Shown here: one piece after another, positions 14,501 through 27,500 of the stretch
Numbering within the stretch: the first letter of the stretch is position 1
Layout: each line of letters opens with the position of its first letter
Source of the DNA: Bugula neritina
Lineage: Eukaryota > Animalia > Bryozoa
Direction: 5' to 3'
NCBI GenBank assembly: GCA_964035545.1
Contig: OZ037767.1
Span: 16,027,292-16,091,291 of the forward strand
Length of the DNA stretch: 64,000 nt
Notes under the pieces: model-generated
Database searches by the model: none
Seen by the model: the letters and a program-made list of their open reading frames with translations, nothing else
What the model was told of the DNA's origin: nothing
Translations under genes and position numbers: made by a program

Positions 14501-16465
14501 GCGAGAAAACTCAAAGCAGAACTTGAAGCAAACTCGCAAGCTGAGCGTTACTGAGCAGTCACCTATATCTGGCATTCTGATTCGAAGAGTCACTAAGTCC
14601 CATAATTCTACACCAGATGTCAAATGTAGCTCAGAACTCTGTGGGGATATTGACTCTATGTAAGTGTTGCTAATTATTTGTTTCTATTTTACTTTCAGAA
14701 AAAAACTGTTGGAAACTCAAATTTTCCACTGACCAAAAAAGAATTATTGCTTATACAAAAATTATCGTACAATTTCAACTTTTCTGTACTACATTTTGAC
14801 TTTCAACATGAATTTTTTTAAGAACTAAATCGGATGCTGCTATTATTATATTATTGACCTATTTTTGGAAAAAATAATATATTTAATTGCAAAAAGAAAA
14901 GAAATATTTGTTAGGGTTTTGTCTATTATATGTTATCTGCAGACATAATAATATAAATAAATGAGTTGACTACAGCACAAATTTGCCATCTAAAATTCTG
15001 TAAGCTATACCTGCATTGGGCTGTTATTTTACCTGCATGCAGGTACAATGTGGTGATTATCATTTTACCTGCTGCATATGGCTTAATGTTGGGCTATTTT
15101 TTACCAGCAGGTATAACAATGTCATAGACTATTATTCTACCTACAGGTATAACAATGTTGGGCTATTACTTTACCTGCAAGTATAACAATGTTGGGCTAT
15201 TACTTTACCTGCAAGTATAACAATGTTGGGCTATTACTTTACCTGCAAGTATAACAATGTTGGGCTATTACTTTACCTGCAAGTATAACAATGTTGGGCT
15301 ATTACTTTACCTGCAGGTATAACAATGTTGGGCTATTACTTTACCTGCAAGTATAACAATGTTGGGCTATTACTTTACCTGCAGGTATAACAATGTTGGG
15401 CTATTATTTAACTGCAAGTATAACAATGTTTAGGCTACCTATTATTTTACCTGCAGGTACAATGTGGTGGACAAATCGGAAGAATCTAAGAGAAAGCTGA
15501 TGAGCATCAAGAACGTAATTGGAGACTATATCTGTAGGCTGTGTGACACCAAGTATGCAAGTGTGTACGACCTGGCTGAACACAGATGTCCGAGCATCAT
15601 CTACATAGAGTACAAGTGTCCTGAGTGCTCAAAAGGTTAGAGATCATGTAGTGTTAAGTTCACCCACTATAAGCCCTTGTAGTGCAAGGGTTCGAATCCC
15701 AGTGGGGGCAAAAAATTTAATAAGTAAAAGTTTGATTAAACTAAAATGAACAAATTTTCCCATGTAACAAATAAACTTTTATACTTTTTGTTCAATATTC
15801 AACTGAATTAAATAACGTAACACAGCTATAGACCTGGGTAAATGACATGTAAAATGCAGTAAATAACAATAATTGGTAACAGGCAGCAAAAATTCTTATG
15901 CTGCTGCCAATGTTTAAAAGCTGTTTAACTTTTAGAAGTACAACTATAGTTAGTCATACCATGTTATGATATATTAAATAAATAAATGTTTTTTCTTTCA
16001 AATTAACCGTAAACTATAAAAATAAGAATAGATAAATTTATAAAATACAAAGTATTGAAAAAGCATATTAAAAACTTATTTACTAAAGCTTTTGGCAACC
16101 AAAACTTTAGTAAGCTAATATATATATGACTATAAAGAGGTTTACTTTGTGGTAAGTAGAGAAATTCAAATTATGTCTACTATATTGTAATACATTTATA
16201 TTATCTATATTATATTACAAATTACTATATAATCAATATCTTTATATCATGTTATTTAAATATTTTATCTTCTGACTTTAATCTTTCAGTGTTCAACTGC
16301 CCAGCAAACTTGGCATCCCACAGACGTTGGCACAAACCTAAACCTGCAGCAGACTCTCAACCAAACACTTCAAAACACAGAGAGAAGACAACTACTAAAC
16401 AAATAGTTATTGCAGCTCCGCAGCGAATACCAAACTCTGGAAGGATAACTTCTCATAATGACTAA
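11556..16465 (+). CDS. Insm1: Insulinoma-associated/nerfin-type zinc-finger transcription factor (exons ~11554-11780, 13491-13650, 14062-14172, 14476-14659, 15457-15635, 16290-16465); true start uncertain
   Basis: Spliced translation has the INSM/nerfin motifs SPISGILIRR, GDIDSMYNVV, IGDYICRLC...HRC (C2HC finger) and [26 protein letters not shown]. Phases consistent at all GT-AG junctions; AATAAA near 16754. Confidence 0.88.
11995..12150. repeat. AT-rich imperfect palindrome in low-complexity intron sequence
   Basis: catatagcatgatatgaaattataatgtataa pairs with ttatacattataatttcacatcatgctatatg, centred near 12060. Confidence 0.7.
15010..15470. repeat. 34-bp tandem array derived from the Insm splice-acceptor/exon junction
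   Basis: Unit ctattactttacctgcaRgtataacaatgttggg, about 12 copies, grading into the true acceptor ttattttacctgcag|gtacaatgtggtg at 15456. Confidence 0.9.
15640..15720 (+). mobile_element. Possible tRNA-derived SINE head remnant
   Basis: B-box GGTTCGAATCC near 15689-15699 with a weak upstream A-box-like motif; no complete cloverleaf. Confidence 0.4.
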
Positions 16466-19400
16466 GTTAAAATAATGTGTAAAATTCTTGTGAGACTTCC
16501 TTTGCTGAATTCTTTCATTCATAGTAAAATATTTTGAAGAACAAACCCCCCCATCCACTTTCTTACTTTGTGGTTACTTATTTATAGTATTTATTAGAGA
16601 CCTTTACAGCCAAAGGCTTTGTGCAATCATATGAATATAAATATTGTCTTAGATTTTAGTGTTTTTATAGTATAAATTATATATATATATTGTTTCCTTT
16701 CCATGATTTAATCTAAGTTATTTATGATGTTGTCCACCATTTGAATTCCGTCCAATAAAGCTCTAATTGTCAAGTACATGTATATACACAACTTGCTTCA
16801 AATGGAGTGGAACAAAAGTGAAAGATTAAAATTTTTACAGTATATATAAGTTACATAATTCTACATTTCCAGTACTAAAGCATTTTTATAGATATTTAAG
16901 CTATATAACAAGCTTTGCACTCTGTCAAGCTTGTTTTATAAAGCTCATAGATACTGCTTAAAGCTATGGAAACAGCCATGACTAGCTGAAAACTATATGC
17001 TGATAATTTCTATAAATAGAAAGATTAGATGTCCAATTATTAGTAAGATTTGACTGGGGTGAAGCTAGTCACTGCAGTGAAGCTAGCTATAGGGATAATT
17101 ATATTAATATTCTGCATGATACTTTATATACTGCATGAAAATACTAAGAAGTTATAATGACTGCAGTTATAATCTTTCTGTTTATTACTTCTATTATTTT
17201 GCTGATAATCCTAAATATTTATGAGAATTCTTTTTAAAATGATTATTTTTATTACTTTAATTTTTAAATTGAATTTTTTTCAACTTGAAAATGCAAGTAT
17301 ATAAGATTATTTACTGGTTCAAAACAATGCTCTTCATTTTACTGATAATTCAAAGCTTCTATAATAGATTATAATTCGAACAGTTTACTTACCCTATTGC
17401 ATTACAGTAGCTTATAGCATAAGTTTATAAAAGTTGCAATTATTATGATATTTTTAATGATTTCTATTTTTTTGAAATTATTCCAATATGGTGTATTATA
17501 AGAAAATTATTTCGATTAAACCAACACAAAAAATCTATAAAAATTACATTTACCTTCTTTGTTGTAGAACTACAGTAAAACTCTACTATCCCTAGATCTG
17601 GTGACTCATCACAATACTATATGCAGCAACTATACCAATTGAAGCCCTTCCACAAATATATTATTCTCTCTGCATCTTCTTGTTTTTTTCTGGAATGTTA
17701 TAGGAATTGTCTTCACCTGGTAAGCATTGTTGCTAGCAAGAAATAATTTTATTATTCTACAAGATCTTTTAATTTGAAATTGTAACTGATTAACAGTTTG
17801 GTTTACTGTTGATTATAAGACTTCATGATGGCAGCTCAAATTCAAACAGCTCACATGCACTATTTTATTACCTTTTTTTTTAAAGAAAACTCTTTTTATA
17901 AAAAGAACTATAACTTATACAAATTTAAAAAAGTATGTTTTAATGGCTTTTACTAGAATTAAAATTAAAACAATATTTTTTTGGATTAAGGTATTAAAAT
18001 TTGTTCAACTGAAACAAAAGGAAAATTTATGAACTGTATTGAGCATTTGACTGGTTTTGTTGTAGAGTTACAGTGAAATTCTGGAGAGAATTAAAAAAAG
18101 CTACAGAAGTTAAAATTCTAATGAATGAAGTTGGTATAGGAAGACCTAAAAAAGTGCCATCTTCTAGTACATCTGTGACAAGAAAGTGATGTTTATAAAA
18201 ATATAAGTGTTTTACAAGAAGCATTACTGCAACTGATGTGCTCCTCTTAACTAATACTATGATTGGACAGCCCAGGCCAGCTAGAGGTCTAAGGGCAGCC
18301 TCAACTCATAGTGTTCAGACTGTAAACAGCACAACTCACTAAGTGTCCATCTCTGCACAGAGCTGTGAGCTGAGTTTCTCCTGCACCAAGGTCAGGTGCT
18401 GGACAGCCTCAAGTGTTGCTATTATGTTAACAAAATTCAATTCATATTTTTGTGTTTTTATGTGTGAAATTATCATATGAATGTGTGATAGTTGAATTAT
18501 ATACAGAAATTCAAAGTGTGCATTTTTTCTAAACATCTAACTGCCAAGCTTTATATGCTTTTAAGTTGAAATGTTTTTCAAGTTTGCAAGTTATTTTTGA
18601 TACTTCAATATATCTTAGCTATTTTCTCTACATTTAAACTTGAAATTATAACTCGTACCAATATAAAAAAACAGCTCACAACATTTAGTGCAAAGTGATT
18701 TTAATTACAAATTGTTAAAAGCATTTATATATTCTTTTGCTTAAATAGTTAGAATTCTCTTACTCTAGCCGCAGTTTAAATAGTTCAAACACTTTCGCCG
18801 CCTACTTTCTTTCAGGAAAAAATTTTCCATTATTTCAGCATCAGCTTTCACTAATATATAATCAGTGAAATTTTCAGCTAAACAAATTAGTCTAGTTAAT
18901 CTTGCAAGCCAAAAAAAGAAGATTTAGCAGTTATTCTGTACCGTTATAATTAGTTATAATTACGTAATAAAATCCACTTTTAAAAGACTCACACCTTTAA
19001 AAAGCTGTACAATTACTGACCAATCAGAGAGGATTAAAATTTGAGAAACTCAGATAGCTAAAAATCAAAAGCTGTAATGGAAGAATTACATAATAGAGTA
19101 GCTGTCATCAGCTAGTAATTACAGTCAGTTGTGGGTAATTATTGTATTTGCATGTGAGCTGTATATCCAATGGAATCAGTCAAACTTATACTAAATTTGA
19201 TCCAGTAAATTTGTTTTTAAAGTTCAGGTCGCTTTTAACATCAAAGAATAATGCACCAACTATTCTTAATTATAGCAAATGAATTCCTGCAAGACTTCAT
19301 CCTCTCAACCATCATTTTTAGCTTTGATTTGTCAGGTTTAATTTTTGGAAATGTAATTGTACAAGTTTTACACCTATTTTCAATCTTCCAAGTTTTATTT

Positions 19401-22400
19401 GAGAGAAAATATGGTTATAAAATACTAATAATAAAAATATGTTATACACACCATAAAATATACATTATACATAGTTGGACTGGTCAAAGCATACTTCAAT
19501 TCAAAAACAATTTGTTTTTTAATAATATAACATATACTATATACATATAAAGCATGGATTTTATGATCATCATTTTAGTCTTCTTTCATATTGTGGCTTC
19601 ATATATAACTATAAAACTTGAACTGTTAATGTGTTTGTTTGCTGCAAAAAGCATCAAATAAATCCAGTAATTTCCATGTTAATTATTTGCACTGCTTTAT
19701 TTCCTTTCTGCCTTTCTTTAAATAGAAATGGCAGCACTTTTAATAAATAGGATGTTTTATTTTACTCTAAATAGTTACTTTACTAATGGCAGTGGGAGAC
19801 AAAATTAACCAACCACAGTCATTATATAAATTACTAAAACATAATAGTTCATTATGGTTTCAGCTAAAATCTTGAACTTTTCTCTAAAATGCTTGGATAA
19901 GACTAATTGCACATTCAAACGTTCTTCATCACCACTTGGAGTTTGGTTTTACATAATATTATAAGTAGTTGGCCTAAGTTTATGTATTAACCAACCACAT
20001 GCATTCGTTACTGCATTTGTTCAACCTGGTTACTTCTGAAATAGGGCTCTTCTCAGGAGGTAGGGTTCTTTCAAGAGTAGTTGACCTAGTTTTACGTTGA
20101 CCAATCAAATTCAAACACATTCGATTGTGACTATAAATACAGCAGTGTGCTCTGTTAAGGTTCAGTCTACAACTTATCTGTGTAATACATCTGAATCTGA
20201 ACTTCATTCTACACAATGAGTAGCAACAACACATTTGGTGAGTGACTATGCATACAGTACTTGTATTTTTATAATTTAATAAGCAACATTAAAGAGAATA
20301 TTCTATCTTGAAATTTTGGAACTAAATTATGTCTGTGAATAATTAAAAACATTTTCATCATTATAGTTGGAAAATCTTTTTTAATGTTTTTCTATTTTTA
20401 AAATGTAACTATTAATAAGTTTTACGTAACTTTAGTTTAGCTTGCACAGCCTCTAAAACTTATTCTAATCTGATTCTAATCTACAAACTAGTAATACTGC
20501 AAATTGATTGTAATATCACAGCTAACTCTTTCGGTACAAATTATTTGTTTAAATTAAAACTACTTGCTTGGTACTAAATTGCAGTGCAATTCAATAGTAT
20601 ATTACATAGTGGAGTACAAAATAGGATGTATAAAATTGCATAACACTTTACTTTAATTTCAGACATTAAAAAACTCCCTCCAAAAAAGCGATACACGTTA
20701 GTATGGAGGAATTTTAACATTCTTCCACCTGCACACATAGCAAGACAATATGTGGAGATAATCCAACCAGAACCATACTATGATTATAATGAGTAAGTAC
20801 TGCTTTACTGCTCAGTCTTTCTGTTGTAACCAAAATTCTTAGTCGAACTGCTCTCTGATTACCAGGTAAACTTTCTCCATATAATTATTTATAGTCTAGA
20901 TCTGTCAGGTTTGTGTTTGCAAAGTTTAAATTAACAATAAAGGCATATATGTAGATATAGAAATATTCCATGCATTCAGTAGTTTTGATGATGATGTAAT
21001 TCTAAACTTTGTTTGACAGAAGAGAAACTGTTATGAGTCTTCATAATAATATCTGAATAACTATTATTTTATTATACTTTTAGAAAGATGACAAGTTACC
21101 TCCAAGATGGTGGACTGCATACATATTTTGTAATAAACTCTGATACTCAGGTGAAAAGAGAGAGCTGAATCTGCCACATGCTGAGGAATTGAATTACTCA
21201 GTTTTCTGTATTTTATTAACTGATCTAAACAAGTTTCCTCACGTGTAAAGTTACCTGAAATGTCAAACAAGCATGTCAACATAATATTTATATAACTTTG
21301 TAACTATATATAATAATGTATAATAATATATACTATATTCTATTTTATTGTATTATTTGAACTAATAAAGCTATTTTATTATCTTGTATACCAGGTGTGC
21401 TGCAATATAAATATATGACTTAAATAGATGTGCTTACAAATATATTTTATTTCATATAATAATAAATCGCAATCCTTATGTTGCCTACAAGTCCAAAACA
21501 CAGAAAATTTGAGTGAAACTATAAAAAAAGAGCTAAAAATCTAATGCTGTAGTAGATTACATGACAGTTGTATGACTGCTGCTTTAACCATATGTAGTAA
21601 CTGCTTTGAATTCAGCAGCCATCAGTCTGTATAACTAGTGTTAGTGAAGAATATTTTTAATTTGCATGTATTTTTATTTTAACACACCCAGCTAAGACTT
21701 TCTCTACATTTAACTGTGAAATTATAATTGCAGAATCAACACATGCCAATAGTAGTTATAACCACTAGTTATATTTAATATTTATATTTTGGTTGCTTAA
21801 ATAATTATAACGCAATTCTCACGCTAGTAAATTTTTACTGGTTTTATTCAGCTTTAACAGTACAAAAACCATATTTTGTCACTTATGCTGCCTATTTCTC
21901 TCCTAATGAACAAAAGTTATGATTATTTCGCATGGGCATGTTTCTTCAATGTTAAAGGTCTTTCAGGTAAAAGAAATTTAAGAGTTCAATAGTTTAATTT
22001 ATTTACAGGCCAATGAATGAAAATTTCGTAATTACGTATCATTATTATTATGTTATAAAATCTACTCTCAAGAGACTCACATCTTTGAAAAGCTGTATGA
22101 TTGCTGGCCAATCTGTGAGGATTAAAAATTGAGAAACTCAGAAAGCTAAAAATTAAAGCCTGTAAATATAAAGTTGCATAATAGAGTAGCTGCCTGGCAT
22201 TAGCTGGCAATTACAGTCAGTTTTGGCAAATGCTGTGCATGTGAGCTATGAAATCTGCTCTACTTATACTGAACTTGGTTTGGTAAAATAGTTTTCAGAG
22301 TTTAGGTTGTTTTCAACACAAAGAATAATTCACTAACCAATCTTAAGCAGTATGATGGCTGCAGCAAAAGTCATCAGCTGAAGCCATCATATTAATAATT

Positions 22401-23439
22401 TAATTATTGCTCCTTGCTTTATACATGCATAATATAATTATTATATAATCTTATATTTAATCAAATATAACAAAACAAATATAGACTTGTATTGTATATT
22501 ATGTCTATGATATATATAAATTGCGTTTTTAGAAAGGGGGAATTTAATAGTAAACATCTATGGAAGGGGAGTTGATGGTATGACAAAGGTTTGGAATCGT
22601 TTAAGTTCTTATGGAATGAGCTGCACTTTAGCGTAGGTAACTTATAACTATTGTTTACATCTCGTAACTAAGTAGCTAGCCGCCACAATTAGCGATCCCT
22701 GACTCCGGCGCCAAAGGTTTCATTTGATTTAGTCAATGGCCGTTTCCGTAGTTACCAGGTTACCAAGTGGCCGGCCAGTTTACAGACCGATACTATAATA
22801 ATAGAAATAAAAATATACTCTCGTGTAGTTTGAGTAATATCATTATTTCTCAAATTAATATGGTACTTTACCCTGTTTACTGTCTATTTACATTATATTT
22901 ATACTTACTCTTAGTCTTACTCTAACAATAACAGTAACGACTAACTCTTACTCTTAGTGAATTACTATCACTCTGTAACACACTAATACTAATAGTATTA
23001 GTAATACTAATACAGTAATAGTAATACTAATACTAATACTAATACTAATAGTAATAGTATTTGCTATTTAGTATTTAAGCGTGTCATTCTTTAAATTAAA
23101 ATCATTATAATATTATTTAAAATTAAATAGTTGGTAATCTTTAACTTCAAATGTATAACAATAAATTATTGTTATAAACTCAAAGTTGAAGATTACCATA
23201 TTAATCAAATGATATAAATTATTGAATATTCTATTATATTTATTATTATATTACTTATTCAAAAAGTTATTGTTATAATAAACTTAATGATTTTAATTGA
23301 CTTCAAGTTTAGGGTCAAGTTTTAATAATGGAAAATTGATCTACTACTAGTACTAGTACAAATTTTTAGATTCATGTTACACTTACTCAATTTGAATATC
23401 AAAATATCTTACCCATGGTACTAGTCAGTTAATAATCAC

Positions 23440-24330
23440 AATGAATAGTAATCACTGCATGCAATCACTATTTACAATCTTTCACCTTGCAAAGTCTTCT
23501 CACTATATTATCATGATGTATTCAATCGCTGTATGGTTTAATCCGCTTTTGTATGTATATAGATCTTCTCATCAGTTTTGGTAAGGAAAGTATTACCTAG
23601 CGCCAAATCACTGCTTCTTGTATAATCTAGTATTTTCTCTCCATCATCATTCCTGACTTACCTTTATGCCATCTCTCAAAGCCCTCCAGTCTAACTGTTC
23701 AGTCATGTCCATTCCGGTCTCCTGCAAATATCAGTTGTTCTGATGCCGGGGTGCGTGTAATGGTTCCTTACAGTTGGTTCCAGAATCGCTGCTCCTCCTG
23801 CTCTTTGCAACCCTGTCATGCAGGGCGCATATACGGTCACTATGTTGTATGTCTTCTCAGGTGTTATTAATTTCATTGCCATTATTCTTTCAGATGCTCT
23901 CTTAGTTGCTATTACTTTGTCTTGCCACTCCTCACTAAGGCATATTGCAACTCCATTTCTCGGTCTTCTACCTCCACTATAGTATAGTTTATAAACATCT
24001 CCGATGTTTCTTGTTTTTCCTCCCTCTTGTCCTTCCTCCATCACGTTTCCTTTAAGCATACTATGGGTATTTTTCTTTTATTCATCTTGTCTGTTACCTC
24101 TCTACTTATTTTTTGTTAGGGTGCCTATATTAAGGGATGTCGACCTCAACTTTGTTTGCCTCTCTCGTTTTCTTTTCACAGCGTCAATGCATAAGTGCCA
24201 TTGCGCATCGCTTCCGGGATATGCTCTAGTGTTAGCTGTCTATATTCTGATTGCCTCTGGCATAATTGTTTGTGGGGCATGTTTTATTAAGGACTGGATG
24301 CTCTTCCTGATGTCCACCCTCTGTGTTCAC
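23440..24330 (-). mobile_element. RTE-clade LINE 5' fragment (5'UTR + AP endonuclease), degenerate
   Basis: ORF 23703-24059 ...GGKTRNIGDVYKLYYSGGRRPRNGVAICL...ERIMAMKL...IVTVYAP is typical RTE endonuclease; frameshifted; TYKSG motif near 23545; RTE-like 5' end gggtggacatcaggaagagcatccagtcc. Confidence 0.85.
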
Positions 24331-24595
24331 CTGAGCTCGTGACCGGCTGTTTGCTCCCCTGGTTTGCTGAGCATTCAGGAAACATTCTGACTATCATGTA
24401 TACCAATGTTATTAACTGCCTTTGTTTAACATTATTCTTCATGTCTTTATATGTATAGTTGGTTGTTGATGGTCTGGTTAAGACCTAGAACCTAATAGGT
24501 CAGTCTTTGGTTGGGAAAGTGAAGGACAAACCTTCACAGATGTAGGTTAAATATTATGCGTATCTTTTACAGGATTTCCTTATCATATAACCAAG

Positions 24596-27500
24596 ATGGC
24601 AGAATCCAGAGTTGTGAAAAAAAGACTAAACAACTCGTATCGCTGTGGGTACTGCTCACAGTACTTCAACAAACTTGAAGACCCCAGAACTCTGCCCTGT
24701 CTGCATGTGTACTGCATGCGATGTTTGAAGACTGACATCGGTGGTAGGAAGGATCATATTAGATGTGCCTATTGTAGGTGAGTTACAGTACATAACACAA
24801 TATATCATGTCATAGGCTTGCATATGATTTTCTCACTATCATCTAGGAGTTGTCTGATCTGTGTCTATGGAAAGCTAACAATACTGTATATTCTATGTGA
24901 ACTCTGGTTAAAAACTTGTGGATAATGAATGTATTTTTGCTAATTATTTAAATCCAATTTAAATGCTCTCACTTTTTGTACCTTCTACCCTCTATAATTT
25001 TATATAATAGAGTTTTGTTAATCATTGTAATTGAAGTCAAAGTTTTGGCATCTGAAAAAGTGTCTATTATTAAGTACTTTGCTTAGTAATTAACAATAAG
25101 TTCTCACTTTTATTAGCAGACAAAGTTTTAGCGAACAGTCTTTTTCTACTTCGCAGATATATCTGGTGTCTTTTCATGGATCGATCGATCTCAGACAGTG
25201 ATTGTGTAATAGCCTGTGGTCTATATAATGAATGTGTGTTGATGAGTGATGAGTATCTATTTGAGTATTTGTCAAGGACATAGCTGTGTGTGTGGATGGA
25301 GTATTTCATTACTTGTCACATCATATTATATTAGACTTCCTGGTATAGTAAACAGAGATAACACACTGATTAATATATTGTAGGAAAGATCACTATGACA
25401 TAACAGACCCCACTACTCTACCTGTCGCAAAGCATGGAGATCCCTTGGAATATAAATCTCCACCCAAACCTGCACCCATGCCTTGCGATGTTTGTAAAGA
25501 TGGAACGGAAGCTGCCACGTTCTGTGTAGAGAGTCAAAAGAAGTTGTGTCAGCAGCATCAACAAGTGAGTCTTTCTTATATCATTCCTCAAGATTGGTTA
25601 CTAAACCAGTTCTGGTTTGTGTGTAGAATATTATTGAAAAGAAATGTTGAGTCTGTGTGACTTTTTATACTAAACACGCAATTTCACAGTGCAGTGAGTC
25701 AACAATGACAGACTTGTTGGTGAAAATACAACCAACTAAACTGTTGACCTTTATTATACAGAATCACAGAGAGCTGATGGGAGATAGACAACAGTTTATT
25801 GACATTGAGGTCTACAGAGCTTCTCCCCAAAGATATACTTTAACTGAATGTGAACATCATAAACAGGAACAGCTGACAGAAGTGTGTTCCAAGTGTCACC
25901 AGATATTCTGTACGAGATGTGATATGAGGACTGGCTGTAAGGAACAGACAGGTATTTACTTGCTGTTTCTATTTTTGTAGAAAGAAACTGAGAAATATTA
26001 CACGAACCTGTTATTGATTATTTTATCATTAAAATAAGTTATGTAACAGCAAAAGAGTATGTAGGTTTTTCAGACTGAGTTGATATGAATATTGAAACTA
26101 GATCTTGTGAAAAAAATTAAAAAAGACACGCTAACGGCTAGAGGTGTTTGTCAGCGTATTACGGTTTGTGTGAGACAGAAGTGGATAGTGCAGGAGTTTA
26201 TATTCTCACTGTTATGTTAAATATTCAGTATATTTCATCCTTCAAGTGTCTGTTTCCTTGATAAGATGGTATAGACATAACTTTAACTCACCGGTGTCCC
26301 ACCTTTTTCAAACCATTCCGCCTTTTTATAAGTGTTTTCTATGAAGTTTCCCCCTTTTAAAAAACACTATTTTATATTTATAAGGAAAATCTGGGACAGG
26401 TTCTTTTCCCTAATAATTCTTTGAGTGTAAGAAAAGTCACTTAGTTTTTGACGACATGGAACAGTGTCTGCAACAACTTCAGTTATTAGCTTTGAAAGCA
26501 TTGATGCTGCTATTAAAAGCTGTGAGTTGATGATTATATATAACTCATTCATTTTAGATTCAGATTTTTTAGTGGAGCAAATATATCTACTAGGTATGCA
26601 GTAAATTGTTTATAGGGATCAGTTTGACTGGCTGCAAAAAATTTCCTGTTGTTTTTTGCTTTAAAGAAACTTTTTAACCTCCATTCGTAGCAGGAGGGGT
26701 ATAGCAGCTAGGGTTGAGTGAATATTAGACACATGGATGTAGAAGTAAACTTAGATTATAGAGTGTAGTGTGGATAAATAAGTGAACTAAATAAAACGAA
26801 GGTTTTATAGTTATACATATACATGTAACTTAGAATACAAGGGAAGCGCTTAGAGAGCTGGAAAAAACTGTGTGAATTTTTTAAAAATCAAAGCCCCTTT
26901 TAAGCCCAAATTCTATACAAGGAGGAGCTCCCCTAGGGTTGGAGCTACTGCTTTAAATTTTTTAATTACATTATTCCAAGTGCAGTGAATAATGAGCTAA
27001 CCATGTGACATCTTTCTAGAATGTCCCTTTGTGTAAATTAGTGCTAGAGAAAGGTCAGCTATGATCAACTCAGATAGCAATACTTGAGACAGAGTCCAAC
27101 TGTTTAGTAATTACATAGTATCTGTATAGTGATACATCATCAACCTGTAGTCGCAGATAGTAGGTGTACAATATCATATCTAAAAGTATATTACTTTTAT
27201 TAATAGTGTGATTTTATGTATACAGAAGAGACAGTAGCATTCCATGACTTGGCATCTTTGGGTGATTTGTCTTGTGAGTTACGAGAAAGTCTGACTGGTG
27301 GAATAGAGACTCTGTCTGAGAAAGTTGCAGAGTTGACTGACATCTCAAAGGATGCCTGGAAAGGACTGAGTAAAATAGAAGATGAAGTGAAGAAGATGGT
27401 TGCCAGAGTAAACGCTGTAGCTGATGCTCAGGTATGCTGACATATGGTGATGTCATCTAATGTATTTCTGTTTGTCTGAAATTAGATTTTGCATTTGGTC

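Noticed and set aside
15010-15470. 34-bp repeat as a CRISPR array
   Set aside because: No unique spacers, no cas genes, eukaryotic intron.
15640-15720. Functional tRNA gene
   Set aside because: B-box only; no acceptor-stem or anticodon-arm pairing.
24004-24342. Hydrophobic ORF repeated at 53255-53641
   Set aside because: Antisense reading of the RTE fragment; similarity follows from the duplication.
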